64,000 nucleotides of DNA, taken from positions 96,001 through 160,000 of the forward strand of contig JBBILD010000007.1 in assembly GCA_037445065.1 (NCBI GenBank), written 5' to 3'. This DNA is from Myxococcales bacterium. GTDB lineage: Bacteria > Desulfobacterota > Binatia > HRBIN30. Position numbers and translations under genes: made by a program. Below the pieces are notes generated by a model, which was not told the origin of the DNA, searched no databases, and was given only the letters and a program-made list of their open reading frames with translations. Each line of letters begins with the position of its first letter. Position 1 is the stretch's first letter. Below, in pieces: positions 41,428 to 51,264 of the stretch.

Positions 41428-42912
41428 TCAGCGCGCTTGTGCCGCAGCGATAGGCGTGACCTTGGCTTTCTTCCGTACCGGGCGCTGTACTCGCTTTTCC
41501 TTGGCTCGCGCCGCTTCTTGCAGCTCGCGGAAGGCGTGCTCGATGTCGAGAATGAAGTCGTGTAGATCGGGGAAGTGTTCCCAGTCGGCGTTGACGCCCC
41601 AGAACAAGCCGCCGTTGTAGCTGAAGAGCCCCACCACCACGCCTAAATTTTCGAACAAGGGAACCACGGGGTACGCGGTCTTCATCTCGGCGCCAAGCAA
41701 GTACAAGGGAAGCTGCGGCCCCGGTACGTTGGTGACAATCAGATTGTAAGGGCGGGTACGGGTGGCTAAACGCACCGCTTGCACAAGCAGGTTCGGCACC
41801 GTCCACTCGCTGATTGCAGTGAGGACTTCACCGCCCAACGCTTGTTTCGATTCTTTGAGGTCTTTGGTCGTCTCCGTCACCGCGTGCAGGCGAGCCACTG
41901 GATCGGCAATGTGCACCGGCAGAGGAGCGCCGATTTGGGTGACACGATTGCCAAGCTTGCCCCGCTCGTCGTGAGCGCGCACGCTCACCGGTACCATCGC
42001 GCGAATATCCAGCTCGTCCGGATCGAGCCCTCGGCGCGCAAAAAACCGGCGCAGTGCCCCGGAGACGGTGGCAAGGACCACGTCATTGACGGTGCCGCCC
42101 AAGACGCGTTTGACGTCTTTCACCTCGGCGAGCGGCATGTCGGTCCAGTCGAATCGCCGGTGGGGGCCGACCTCTACTTGCAGCGGCGTGCGTGAAACCG
42201 GACTCAGCGCCGGGGCAAGCGTTTCGATAATGCCTTCGACCACGTCGGCGATCTGATGCACTTTTTGCTCGGGGTTGCGCAACGTATCCAAGACCGCCTT
42301 CGCCAACTCGAGTGGTTGCTCCGCGCGTCGTACGAGTTCGTCCAGGATCAGTTGCCGTCGCGTGGGTTGGGGGCGCGGAGTCCAAGGCTCGGGAACCCCG
42401 GGATCGTCTTCCGGGAAGGGGCTGAGGATGACCGACATGAGGTCCGCTCCGGAGATGCCGTCCACCATGCAGTGGTGGGTCTTACTGACCAGCGCAAAAC
42501 GGTTCCCTTGCAAGCCCTCGACGACCCACATCTCCCACAGCGGGCGCTTGCGGTCCAACGGTTGCGACATGATCCTCCCGACCAAGCGCTTGAGCACGCG
42601 CTCGTCCCCCGGGTGTGGGAGCGCGGTGTGGCGCACGTGGTAGGCTAAGCGAAAGCGGTTGTCATCTACCCAGATGGGGTGGTTTTCGTATGGGATGTAT
42701 GCGATTCGCTGGCGGAAGCGGGGCACCAAGTGCAAGCGAGCATGGATGGCAGCGCGGATTTTTTCGATGTCAACGCCGCCCTCTGGACTGCGCAGCGGCT
42801 CGGCGTCGAATAAACAAACCGCCCCCACGTGCATGTGGCAGTTGCTGTCTTCGAGCCCCAAGAAGGAAGCATCTAACGCGCTCAGTCGTTCGTAGTACGG
42901 TTTGCTTTCCAT
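41428..42912 (-). CDS. Wax ester synthase / diacylglycerol O-acyltransferase
   Basis: RLSALDASFL, MHVG, PLDRKRPLWE, HHCMVDG catalytic motif, TVNDV, TNVPGP. Confidence 0.93.
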   Translation of the reverse strand: MESKPYYERLSALDASFLGLEDSNCHMHVGAVCLFDAEPLRSPEGGVDIEKIRAAIHARLHLVPRFRQRIAYIPYENHPIWVDDNRFRLAYHVRHTALPHPGDERVLKRLVGRIMSQPLDRKRPLWEMWVVEGLQGNRFALVSKTHHCMVDGISGADLMSVILSPFPEDDPGVPEPWTPRPQPTRRQLILDELVRRAEQPLELAKAVLDTLRNPEQKVHQIADVVEGIIETLAPALSPVSRTPLQVEVGPHRRFDWTDMPLAEVKDVKRVLGGTVNDVVLATVSGALRRFFARRGLDPDELDIRAMVPVSVRAHDERGKLGNRVTQIGAPLPVHIADPVARLHAVTETTKDLKESKQALGGEVLTAISEWTVPNLLVQAVRLATRTRPYNLIVTNVPGPQLPLYLLGAEMKTAYPVVPLFENLGVVVGLFSYNGGLFWGVNADWEHFPDLHDFILDIEHAFRELQEAARAKEKRVQRPVRKKAKVTPIAAAQAR

Positions 42913-43077
42913 GCCCCTGGTTCCTCCTGCAACCGCTTCTCCTAGCACGGGACCTCTACCGCACGGAAGGAGCACAGTAGGCAAACGGTGGAGAACACGA
43001 ATCCCCTCGGGGTGGCTGTGAAGCAGGTTGTTGGGGACGGGCCGCACCGACCTGTGGTAGGTGAGCGGGGAGGCGGA

Positions 43078-44268
43078 ATGAGCTGGCGGAAAAAATTGAT
43101 GTGGCTTTCCGTCTTGTACGCGGCGGAGGGTCTGCCCATGGGTGTGTACGCCGATGTGGTGCCGGTGTTTTTGCGCCAGCAGCAGGCTTCGCTCGCCGTG
43201 ATCGGCCTGCTGAGCCTGCTCGGACTCCCCTGGAGCTTGAAGCTCTTGTGGTCGCCGCTGGTGGACCGTTTCCCCAGGTATCAACGTTGGATTGTGGGTT
43301 GTTTGGCCGTGGTCACAGTCTCACTGGTGGTTCTGGCGCAAAACGCCGACGGTGGTGGGCTTCCCGTGGTCTTGGTGGCACTCGGCTTGTTGTGTCTGGC
43401 CAGTGCCACGCAAGACATCGCTATTGATGCTTACTCGATCCAACTTGTAGCGCGCGGGGAAGAGGGAATGGCAAACGGTGTGCGCTTGGCCGCCTACCGC
43501 GTAGCGCTGATTGCCGCGGGTGGGGGAGCCATGTTGTTGGTGCGTCCCTACGGCTGGGCAGTGACCTTCGCTGCCATTGCCGCAGTGACTCTCCTGCTAG
43601 CGGCTACCATTGCCGCCAGCCCGCGCGTGGCGGTTCCTCACAATGCGAGCACGCGAGCATGGGCGGCAGCGCTCTGGCGCTGGCTGCGCCGCCCGGGTGC
43701 GCTTTCTGTGTTCGCGTTTGCCCTCGTTTACAAACTCGGCGATGCCAGCATGGGCCCCATGATCAAGCCGTTTTGGGTGGATCGCGGATTGTCCACGGAC
43801 GAGATCGCCATCGTTTCTACCACGATGGGTGCCTTGGCCACCATTGCTGGTTCGCTTGCTGGCGGCTGGTACACGAGTCGCGCTGGGATTTTGCGCGCCT
43901 TGTGGGTGTTGGGTCTCGCGCAAGCGCTCTCCAACTTGGGGTACGCTGCAGCGGCGGGCTTGGAGGTCGGCCGCGCAGGGATTTACGCGGCATCGGTCAC
44001 GGAGAGCTTTTGTGGCGGCTTGGGCAGTGCAGCCTTCCTGGCCTTTTTGATGCGTGCCTGCGAGCGGGAACGAGCGGCCACCGAATATGCCTTGCTCTCG
44101 GCGCTGTTCTCCTCGGCGCGCCTGTTCGCCGGTGCGCCGAGCGGGTACTTTGCCGAAGCCATGGGTTACGCGGGATACTTTGGTTTTACAGCTGCACTCG
44201 CCCTGCCTGGCCTGTTACTCATCCCACGTTTGGCGCCATGGACCGCGGAGGAACAGCAGTCGTCTTGA
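43078..44268 (+). CDS. ampG: AmpG-like muropeptide MFS permease
   Basis: GLP..., LPWSLKLLWSPLVDR, SATQDIAIDAY, YKLGD, ATEYALLS. Confidence 0.85.
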   Translation: MSWRKKLMWLSVLYAAEGLPMGVYADVVPVFLRQQQASLAVIGLLSLLGLPWSLKLLWSPLVDRFPRYQRWIVGCLAVVTVSLVVLAQNADGGGLPVVLVALGLLCLASATQDIAIDAYSIQLVARGEEGMANGVRLAAYRVALIAAGGGAMLLVRPYGWAVTFAAIAAVTLLLAATIAASPRVAVPHNASTRAWAAALWRWLRRPGALSVFAFALVYKLGDASMGPMIKPFWVDRGLSTDEIAIVSTTMGALATIAGSLAGGWYTSRAGILRALWVLGLAQALSNLGYAAAAGLEVGRAGIYAASVTESFCGGLGSAAFLAFLMRACERERAATEYALLSALFSSARLFAGAPSGYFAEAMGYAGYFGFTAALALPGLLLIPRLAPWTAEEQQSS

Positions 44269-45245
44269 GACACGAGCGCCGGTTTCTGTTGCGGCTTTGT
44301 CTCGTGGTTTATCTGCTGGTCGGGTTGGTTGTTGACCCAGTGGCTAGGGCCCAGCGGGGTCCGCAAACAACCGTGCGCGAGTTCTGCCGTTTGGACGCCA
44401 TGGGCGCGCGAGCAACGCTCCAGGGCTGGCCGCAAGTGGCACCGCTCGTTGCGTGGCCGTCGGAGCCGGCATGGGACCGAGTGGTGCTCATCACCAGCTA
44501 CACGGTGGGCTGGCCCGTCGCGGAAGAAGAGGGACAGTTCGCGATCGAGGTGCGATACGCGGTGCAAGGCGTCGTCACCGCAGCGGGCCTGCGCGAAGAA
44601 GCGCACGTGGAAAGCCGCCTCTTTCGCGTCGCGCCTATGCCCGATGGCTTGTGGCGGATCACAGGGCCACCCCCACCGCCCCACATCTTTGCGCACAACG
44701 CCGACGCCAGTGGCGTGCAACGCTCGTTGGCCGCGGGTGGCGTGAACTTCGTGGCGAATTCGACCTTCGTGCACTGGCTGTTTGGTGAGGCAGGATGGGA
44801 GGTCCCGCTGCTCTCCACCCTGGAATTCGAGCACTCCGATCGCTTCCATGTCGTGAAGGAGCCTCGCCCGGGAGATCTCGTGTTGTACTTTGACGGTTCG
44901 CAGCCGTACCATGTGGGGGTCTTGGAGCAGGAAGGAGTGGTGGTGTCCTCGACGCTGAACGGTGGGGTCGTGCGTACGTCGGTCGAGACGTTTGCCGGCG
45001 AGCGGAAGTTCTTGCGCTTGGTCGAGCCTGAGCCCCTGCCAACGCTAACGCCGACTCCGCTCTTGCCTCGTGCCCTACCTACCTATGCAAGAAAGGCCGC
45101 CAAGCTGCCGGCCCCAGCGCAGCGCCCGCTTTGGAACGCGAGAGCAGCGCAACAAAAGGCGCACAAGCGCGTTTTCGCAGCGAAGCCGGCGGGGAAAACA
45201 TCTACCCCCGCGCGAGAGAAAAAATCGGGAGGAATCGAGCGATGA
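44265..45245 (+). CDS. Secreted protein with degenerate NlpC/P60-like C-terminal domain
   Basis: Signal peptide ending ARA; PRPGDLVLYF...YHVGV...SSTLNGGV; TTG overlaps the ampG stop. Confidence 0.6.
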   Translation: MRHERRFLLRLCLVVYLLVGLVVDPVARAQRGPQTTVREFCRLDAMGARATLQGWPQVAPLVAWPSEPAWDRVVLITSYTVGWPVAEEEGQFAIEVRYAVQGVVTAAGLREEAHVESRLFRVAPMPDGLWRITGPPPPPHIFAHNADASGVQRSLAAGGVNFVANSTFVHWLFGEAGWEVPLLSTLEFEHSDRFHVVKEPRPGDLVLYFDGSQPYHVGVLEQEGVVVSSTLNGGVVRTSVETFAGERKFLRLVEPEPLPTLTPTPLLPRALPTYARKAAKLPAPAQRPLWNARAAQQKAHKRVFAAKPAGKTSTPAREKKSGGIER

Positions 45246-45925
45246 ACACGAAGGAGCAACGTGGCATCTGTGCATTGGTCCTACTGGCACTGTTTGCCGG
45301 CTGCGCGAAGAAACCTGTGACGGCGCCGCGTGCGGTGGTGCCAGAGACGATCGCCCAAGAGGTGCGCGTGGTGGCCTCCGAGGGTAAGAACTTCGGCAGC
45401 ATGGTGGCGCTCGGGGTGGGGATGTCGAATGGCTCTAGCCGAACCTACACCGCGGCTGCAGAGCGGATTTATGCTGTGGACGAGCGCGGCTACCGCATCG
45501 CGCCTCTCTCCGTAGAAGAAGCGGCCCGCCAAGCTGGTGGCATCACCGCACTGGTTGCCGGGTTGCAGGGCGCCGGCGCGGGTGCCTTCCTAACCGGGCT
45601 CCTAGGTGCAATCCCTGGGGCCATTATTGGCGCCGCGCAGGGAGGGGCAGAGGGAGCCGGAAAGGGAGCTGCGATCGGGGCCGGAATCGGTGTCGCGGTC
45701 GGGGCAATCGGTGGCTTTCACGAATCGAAGAGCAAGACCGAGGAAGAAATCGTCGAGCAATTGCACGGCCTGTATTTCGGAGAACAAAAACTCAAGCCAG
45801 GTCTGCCGGTGAGCGGCTTCGTGTTTTACCCAGCGGGGCGCTACACCGGGGTACGTGCGGTCCTGGTGGATGAAGAAACCGGCGCCGCGGTGGAAGCCGC
45901 GGGGACGATGGTGGAGCGGCCATGA
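45242..45925 (+). CDS. Lipoprotein with glycine-zipper region
   Basis: FAGC lipobox; GAGKGAAIGAGIGVAVGAIGG. Confidence 0.7.
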   Translation: MNTKEQRGICALVLLALFAGCAKKPVTAPRAVVPETIAQEVRVVASEGKNFGSMVALGVGMSNGSSRTYTAAAERIYAVDERGYRIAPLSVEEAARQAGGITALVAGLQGAGAGAFLTGLLGAIPGAIIGAAQGGAEGAGKGAAIGAGIGVAVGAIGGFHESKSKTEEEIVEQLHGLYFGEQKLKPGLPVSGFVFYPAGRYTGVRAVLVDEETGAAVEAAGTMVERP

Positions 45926-47376
45926 GGGAGGGGCCGATGGCAACTCCTTCTGCTCGTGAAGCCGTAGGAACGGGCGAGCCTCCGGCCTTGGCCGAGACCT
46001 TGGCCCGCTTTGTTTCCGAGACCAGTCGTGCGCAGCTCCCCGCAGTCGTGTTGCGCAAGGTGGCCGCGCATGTGCTGGACACCTTGGGTGTCGCCGCTGC
46101 CGCCGTGAGGACGGAGTTTTGTGCCGCGACTTGGGCAGCTCTCGAGCGAGTGGGGAGTCGCGGTCGAGCCACGTGCATTGGACTCAAGAAAACTTTGGCG
46201 CCGCCCTGGGCGGCTCTGGCCAATGGGATCCTTGCGCACGGGCTCGACTACGATGACACCCACGCGGAAGCGGTGGTGCACGTGAGCGCTCCGGTGGTCA
46301 GCGCAGCGCTGGCGATGGCAGAGGCCCACGGCGCCACCGGCGTTCAGTTGCTCGACGCGGTCGCATTGGGAATGGAGGTCAGTGTACGAGTGGGACTGGC
46401 GGCTCCGGGTGGCTTTCACGACCGCGGCTTTCATCCGACGCCGATTGCCGGCACCTTTGGCGCGACTGCGGCAGTGTGCCGCTTGCTGGAACTCGACGGG
46501 GAGCGCACCTGCTTTGCCTTCGGCTTGGCGGCGAGCCAGGCGGCCGGAACTCTGGAGTTCTTAGGAGATGGTTCCTGGTCGAAACGCCTGCACGCGGGTT
46601 GGGCGGCGCACGCCGGCGTGGTGGCTGCGGCGCTGGCGGCAGAAGGCTTCGTGGGCCCCAAGGGGGCGCTCGACGGCCGTTTTGGTCTCTATCGCACGCA
46701 CCTAGGCGAGCACGGCTGGGACGCGGCGGCGGTGATGCGCGACCTCGGCAAAGAGTGGCGGCTGCAAGAAATCAGCATCAAGCCCTACCCGGCTTGTCAC
46801 ATGACGCACGCGTGTGTGGATGCGGCCCGCGCCTTGCGCGCACGGCACGCGCCTTCCCCGCAGGCGATCGAACGGATCGAATGCTTTGTGCACGAGCGGG
46901 TGTTCCCCGTGATCTGCGAGCCGCGCCAGGCCAAACTCACCCCGCGCACGGACTACGAAGCAAAGTTCAGCTTGCCCTACACAGTGGCCGCCATGTTGGT
47001 GCGGGGGCACTTGGCGATCGAGGACTTCACGCCACAGGCGATTACGGATCCTGCGGTGCTGCAACTGGCGCAGCGGGTAGTCTGCCTGCCGGATGCACAG
47101 AGCCGGTACCCACGGTACTTCGATGGGCGGGTCCGCATCGTCCTCCGTTCGGGCGAGGTGTACGAGCAGGCCGAACCGATCAACCGGGGCCACCCCGAAC
47201 GGCCCCTGTCGCAAGCAGAGGTAGAAGCCAAGTTCCGCGACAACGCGCTTCGTCTCCTGTCGGAACGCAACACTGAGCGGGTACTGCAGTGGCTTTCGGT
47301 GTTTCCGCAGCATGAGTTGGTTGCGCATCTTACCCGCTGGCTACGATCTTCGCGCCGCAGGGAGCTGCGGCGCTAA
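45922..47376 (+). CDS. MmgE/PrpD family protein
   Basis: AALANGILAHGLDYDDTH, GFHPT, KRLHAG, KPYPACH, AKFSLPY. Confidence 0.9.
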   Translation: MREGPMATPSAREAVGTGEPPALAETLARFVSETSRAQLPAVVLRKVAAHVLDTLGVAAAAVRTEFCAATWAALERVGSRGRATCIGLKKTLAPPWAALANGILAHGLDYDDTHAEAVVHVSAPVVSAALAMAEAHGATGVQLLDAVALGMEVSVRVGLAAPGGFHDRGFHPTPIAGTFGATAAVCRLLELDGERTCFAFGLAASQAAGTLEFLGDGSWSKRLHAGWAAHAGVVAAALAAEGFVGPKGALDGRFGLYRTHLGEHGWDAAAVMRDLGKEWRLQEISIKPYPACHMTHACVDAARALRARHAPSPQAIERIECFVHERVFPVICEPRQAKLTPRTDYEAKFSLPYTVAAMLVRGHLAIEDFTPQAITDPAVLQLAQRVVCLPDAQSRYPRYFDGRVRIVLRSGEVYEQAEPINRGHPERPLSQAEVEAKFRDNALRLLSERNTERVLQWLSVFPQHELVAHLTRWLRSSRRRELRR

Positions 47377-47389
47377 GCCCGACGCTTGC

Positions 47390-48229
47390 ATGCCTGTCCC
47401 GATTCGCGTGCCGTTTTACCCGCACCTCCGTGCCCATGAGCTGCTGAGTTGCGAGGGCGAGGCCATCCACGACGGCGGCTATTTCTCCCTCGCCGAGCGC
47501 ATGACCTCCGAGCCTGTGCTCGTTCGCTTTGCACCCCGCGATGGCTGGGTCTTGGACGCTGGTTGCGGTGGGGGACGCTGGCTGCACCGCTTGCAGAAGG
47601 CTGGTTGCCGCGTCCTGGGCATGGACTTCGCTGCTGATGTCCTGGGAGCGGTACGCCAGCGCTTGCACTCGGTGCCCTTGCTGCGCGGGCGGGCCGAGCG
47701 GCTGCCCTTTGCGAGCAACTCTCTGGCCGGCATTGTGTCGCTGGGGGTCGTAGAACACGACCCAGAAGGTCCGCAGCGGTTTTTGCGCGAGTACGCGCGC
47801 GTACTGCGCCCGGGCGGGCGGCTGCTCGTTTCTGTGCCGTACAACAACGGCCTGCGGCGGCTTTGGTTCAATCACCGGTATCGGCGTCGCGATCGGCGAC
47901 TTTCTGGAGAAGCGTACCAGTTCGTCGAGTACCGCTTCTCCCGGCGCGAGATGGAAAGCGAGCTCGTGCGATCGGGTCTGGTGCCGATTGCCTGCTGCCC
48001 GCACGACTTTTACCCTCCGTTGAACATGTCAGTGGTCGCCGATCAAAACATGCTCGCCATCCGCTTCGAACGAACCGCGGCTGGCTATGAATTGCGCTTG
48101 CCCCCCACGCGTTCCTGGGAGCTATCCGGTTGGTGGAGGCTGCTCGTGGGCGGGCTGTTCCGGGTATCGCCATGGATGGTTACTGCCGAGATTCTCGTGG
48201 TCGCAGAGAAACGCGAGGTGCTTTCCTGA
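47390..48229 (+). CDS. Class I SAM-dependent methyltransferase
   Basis: VLDAGCGGG, LPF...LGVVEH...RVLRPGG. Confidence 0.85.
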   Translation: MPVPIRVPFYPHLRAHELLSCEGEAIHDGGYFSLAERMTSEPVLVRFAPRDGWVLDAGCGGGRWLHRLQKAGCRVLGMDFAADVLGAVRQRLHSVPLLRGRAERLPFASNSLAGIVSLGVVEHDPEGPQRFLREYARVLRPGGRLLVSVPYNNGLRRLWFNHRYRRRDRRLSGEAYQFVEYRFSRREMESELVRSGLVPIACCPHDFYPPLNMSVVADQNMLAIRFERTAAGYELRLPPTRSWELSGWWRLLVGGLFRVSPWMVTAEILVVAEKREVLS

Positions 48230-48386
48230 GCCGGGCTGCACTGGCTCCTGCGTGTGCGCACTAGTCGCGCTCGTTTTCGCTCGGGACGGAAAGCACGCTG
48301 GAAGATAGGAGGACCGTGTTTCGCAGACGCGAAGCATGCGCGGGAACTTGCTTTCAAAGCAGCGTCGGTGAGGCACAGCGTGGGCG

Positions 48387-49421
48387 ATGCGGGTGAGCGA
48401 AGCACAGGGGGACGGAAAGAGCTGCCTTCCACCGGGTGGCCGCGCCAGGGCCCAAACAATTGCCGGCCGCTTCCTGCTGGTTTTGTTGGGCCTGACGAGT
48501 GGTGTTTTGCTGTTAGAGGCGTCCCTGCACCTCCTTGCTTGGCGACTGGGGCGAGACCCCACGCCCGTCCTTGCTGGTCAAGGAAAGACGGTGCTGGTTA
48601 CCGTTGGCGATTCGAACACGTACGGCTTGTACCTGAGGGAAGAAGAGGCCTACCCGGCGGTTCTCTCCCGACTTTGGCGAGACCATGGAGGACGACCGCC
48701 ATTGGCGGTGGTCAACTTGGGTTATCCGGGAATGAATTCCACATTGCTGGCATCGCAGTTTGGCCGGGTCTTGCAGGAGCTTCGCCCGCGGGTGGTTACC
48801 CTGATGCTCGGGGTCAACGATTTCTGGACGATCCCCATGCCCGCACGGGGAGAAGATGCGGCTGTTGAACGGCTGAGGCGTTGGTTTTGGCAGCATGTGC
48901 GCACGTACCGCCTGTTGTACTTTCTGTTTCGTTCGGCCGAGTTGCACCTGGCGCAGGTGCCACAAGATTTGCGAAGGGTGCGGCCTGGAGAGTTCTTCAC
49001 CCGCTGGTCATCTCGTGCGCGTGTGGGCGAGACGGAGTTGCAGTTGGGCTTCGAAGTGGACGCTGCGGCTGAGGCCCCGGCGTCCGTGCGGGAGACGACA
49101 TTGGCTGCAAACCTCGCTGCGATGGTCGAGGAGGCGCGCCGCAGCGGAGCCTGCGTGTTGTTGCTGACGTATGCGGCCGACGGTGGGCTGTATTGGCTCG
49201 CCAATCAGACCGTCCGTCGCCTGGCGGGCGAATTGGGCGTGGGGCTTGTGGATCTCGCTTCCACGTTCGCACCGCGTTGCCCGGTCCGTGTTGAGGGGAG
49301 CTTGGTTCAAGCAAAGTCGCATTGCCCTCAGTATTTGTTCCCGGACCAACACCCGACCGCGCTAGGGCATCGCGAAATCGCACTGCGGTTATTGGAGCCC
49401 GTTCGCTCGTGCTTGCGGTAG
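48387..49421 (+). CDS. Membrane-anchored SGNH/GDSL hydrolase
   Basis: TM helix; GDSNTYG, NLGYPG, GVND, DQHPT blocks. Confidence 0.85.
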   Translation: MRVSEAQGDGKSCLPPGGRARAQTIAGRFLLVLLGLTSGVLLLEASLHLLAWRLGRDPTPVLAGQGKTVLVTVGDSNTYGLYLREEEAYPAVLSRLWRDHGGRPPLAVVNLGYPGMNSTLLASQFGRVLQELRPRVVTLMLGVNDFWTIPMPARGEDAAVERLRRWFWQHVRTYRLLYFLFRSAELHLAQVPQDLRRVRPGEFFTRWSSRARVGETELQLGFEVDAAAEAPASVRETTLAANLAAMVEEARRSGACVLLLTYAADGGLYWLANQTVRRLAGELGVGLVDLASTFAPRCPVRVEGSLVQAKSHCPQYLFPDQHPTALGHREIALRLLEPVRSCLR

Positions 49422-49758
49422 GTCTGCGGCGTTCGCGGCGAGAGCCCGAGCGCGACTCGGCGGAGCTGTGGATGGCTCGGGATGTCCGCGGGTGCGCGAC
49501 GGCCCCCGGGCAACTGGAGAGCGCACGTCCTGCCGTGATCTCATTTGGCTGCTGTATGCACCGGCAGGGTGAAGCGGCCAGACAAGCCCCCGCTCGGGGT
49601 CCCGGTGCGGCGTACTCCCCGAGGCTCCTGTCGGAGTTCCTCAGCGGTCCGTTGTGAATGACTGCGAAGCGTCCCGGAGCGAGCGGACCCGTGACGGGGC
49701 GGGTTATACATCCGCCCTCCGTTCTTTCGGCGCGGAAAAAGGGCCGCTCCAGTGCCGG

Positions 49759-51264
49759 CTACGGGGCTGCTCCCGAGTGGCACTCCCAGCAGGGCCCCCG
49801 CCAATCATCGCCAACGTTGGCCGGGTGCTCGAACTCGAGTCCTTCCTCGCTGCTGGCGAAGCGTTTTTCGCCGGGCGGGCCTTGCGCCAGCACGACGTGG
49901 CATAAGTTGCAATCGCTGCGAATCATGCGGCCGTCCTCAGCTCGGTGGTTTCCAGCATGGCAGCGCATGCAGCCTGGCCAGAAGAGGTGGCTCGAGTGAT
50001 CCGGATACGCATCCCAGCGTATCTGCATTTCGGGGAAAAAGTTGCGCTCGAAAATCCGTTGTAACTCGCTCGCTGCCTGTTCGATGGCTTGCGCCTGGGC
50101 GCGAGCGATCTGCGGGTGATTCTCCTGGTAAAATCCACGCAGGCCATTGGCGATGGCGGGGATTGCTGCTTCGCGCGACGGGTAATCGCCGGTGAGGAGA
50201 TCAATTCCGATCTGTTTGAGCGAGGGCAGGCTTGCGTCCAGGTGCCCGGCCGCGAGCGCGGCGTTGACGGCGTCGCGGGGCGACAGAAAACGGTGTGCCG
50301 GGCGGTTGTGGCAGTCTACACAGTCCAGGCGCCGCCATTGGCTTCCGGCAGGCGGTGTTTCGCCGGCTCCCGCGGCGCGGTAGGTGACCGTCTTGCCAGT
50401 GCGTGCGTCCGTGGCTCGCACCCAGGGGATCGTCGTCCGCTCTGCATCGGCGGCAACGTACTCGACGACGTTTTCCAGCCGCATGTGCCAGTGAATGCCG
50501 CCCGCCTCTGGGCTACCTGGCTCCCCACCGCCGACATGAAGAGCCAGATCGAGATCCCAGCGGCTGTTGCGTTCGTCGGCAAGGAAATACACGTAGCGGC
50601 GCAAGCTAAAACCCAAGTGCTTGGCCGGCCAATGGCAAAGCTCGCAAGTATCTTGGGCGGGCCGTAAGTTGTGGACCGGCACCGGAATCGGGCGCGAATA
50701 CGTATCGGTGAGGAAGGCGTAGAGCTGGCGGGTGCCGTTGAGTTTGGCGCGCAGGTACCAATCGAAGCCCTCCCCCACGTGGCAGTCCACGCAAGCCACG
50801 CGCGCGTGTGGCGAGTGCTGGTAGGCAGCATACTCGGGTCCCATGACTTTGTGGCAGACCGCGCCGCAGAAGGTGTTCGATTCGGTGGCCTCGTAAGCTT
50901 GGAAACTTCCGAAGGCAGAAACAAAGAGAAAACCGAGTAGACCTGCGAGAGCGAGTGCGGTCCGGCGGCGGGTGGCAGCCTGATTCAAGTCGAGCACCGG
51001 CCACGCAAACTCCCAGCCTCGTCCCGTCTTTCGCCAGCGCCGCCAACTCCACCACCAACCGGTCGCGGCCAGTAGCAGGCCACCGATCATCACGAGGGGA
51101 AGGAAAAGGAAGACCACGAGATCTGCGTACGGAGGCGGTGCTTGTGGGGAGACGGTTTCGAGCAGCAACAAAAAGGCAATCGTACCGAGCGCCACGGCCG
51201 CTAACCCGAGGCCAGCGACGGTCAGGGGATTTTTCCAGAGTGTCTTCCGTGGGCTTGGGTTCAT
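49759..51264 (-). CDS. NapC/NirT-family inner-membrane multiheme cytochrome, ImcH-like (7 heme motifs)
   Basis: Three N-terminal TM helices; CGAVCH (CX3CH), CVDCH, CELCH, CVDCH, CMRCH, CNLCH, CWECH; SPHARVACVDCH. Confidence 0.85.
   Translation of the reverse strand: MNPSPRKTLWKNPLTVAGLGLAAVALGTIAFLLLLETVSPQAPPPYADLVVFLFLPLVMIGGLLLAATGWWWSWRRWRKTGRGWEFAWPVLDLNQAATRRRTALALAGLLGFLFVSAFGSFQAYEATESNTFCGAVCHKVMGPEYAAYQHSPHARVACVDCHVGEGFDWYLRAKLNGTRQLYAFLTDTYSRPIPVPVHNLRPAQDTCELCHWPAKHLGFSLRRYVYFLADERNSRWDLDLALHVGGGEPGSPEAGGIHWHMRLENVVEYVAADAERTTIPWVRATDARTGKTVTYRAAGAGETPPAGSQWRRLDCVDCHNRPAHRFLSPRDAVNAALAAGHLDASLPSLKQIGIDLLTGDYPSREAAIPAIANGLRGFYQENHPQIARAQAQAIEQAASELQRIFERNFFPEMQIRWDAYPDHSSHLFWPGCMRCHAGNHRAEDGRMIRSDCNLCHVVLAQGPPGEKRFASSEEGLEFEHPANVGDDWRGPCWECHSGAAP

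Noticed and set aside
48316..48396. 26-aa Cys-containing ORF with AGGAGG RBS next to a methyltransferase, considered as a RiPP precursor
   Set aside because: No RiPP maturase, leader motif or transporter nearby; cannot be supported
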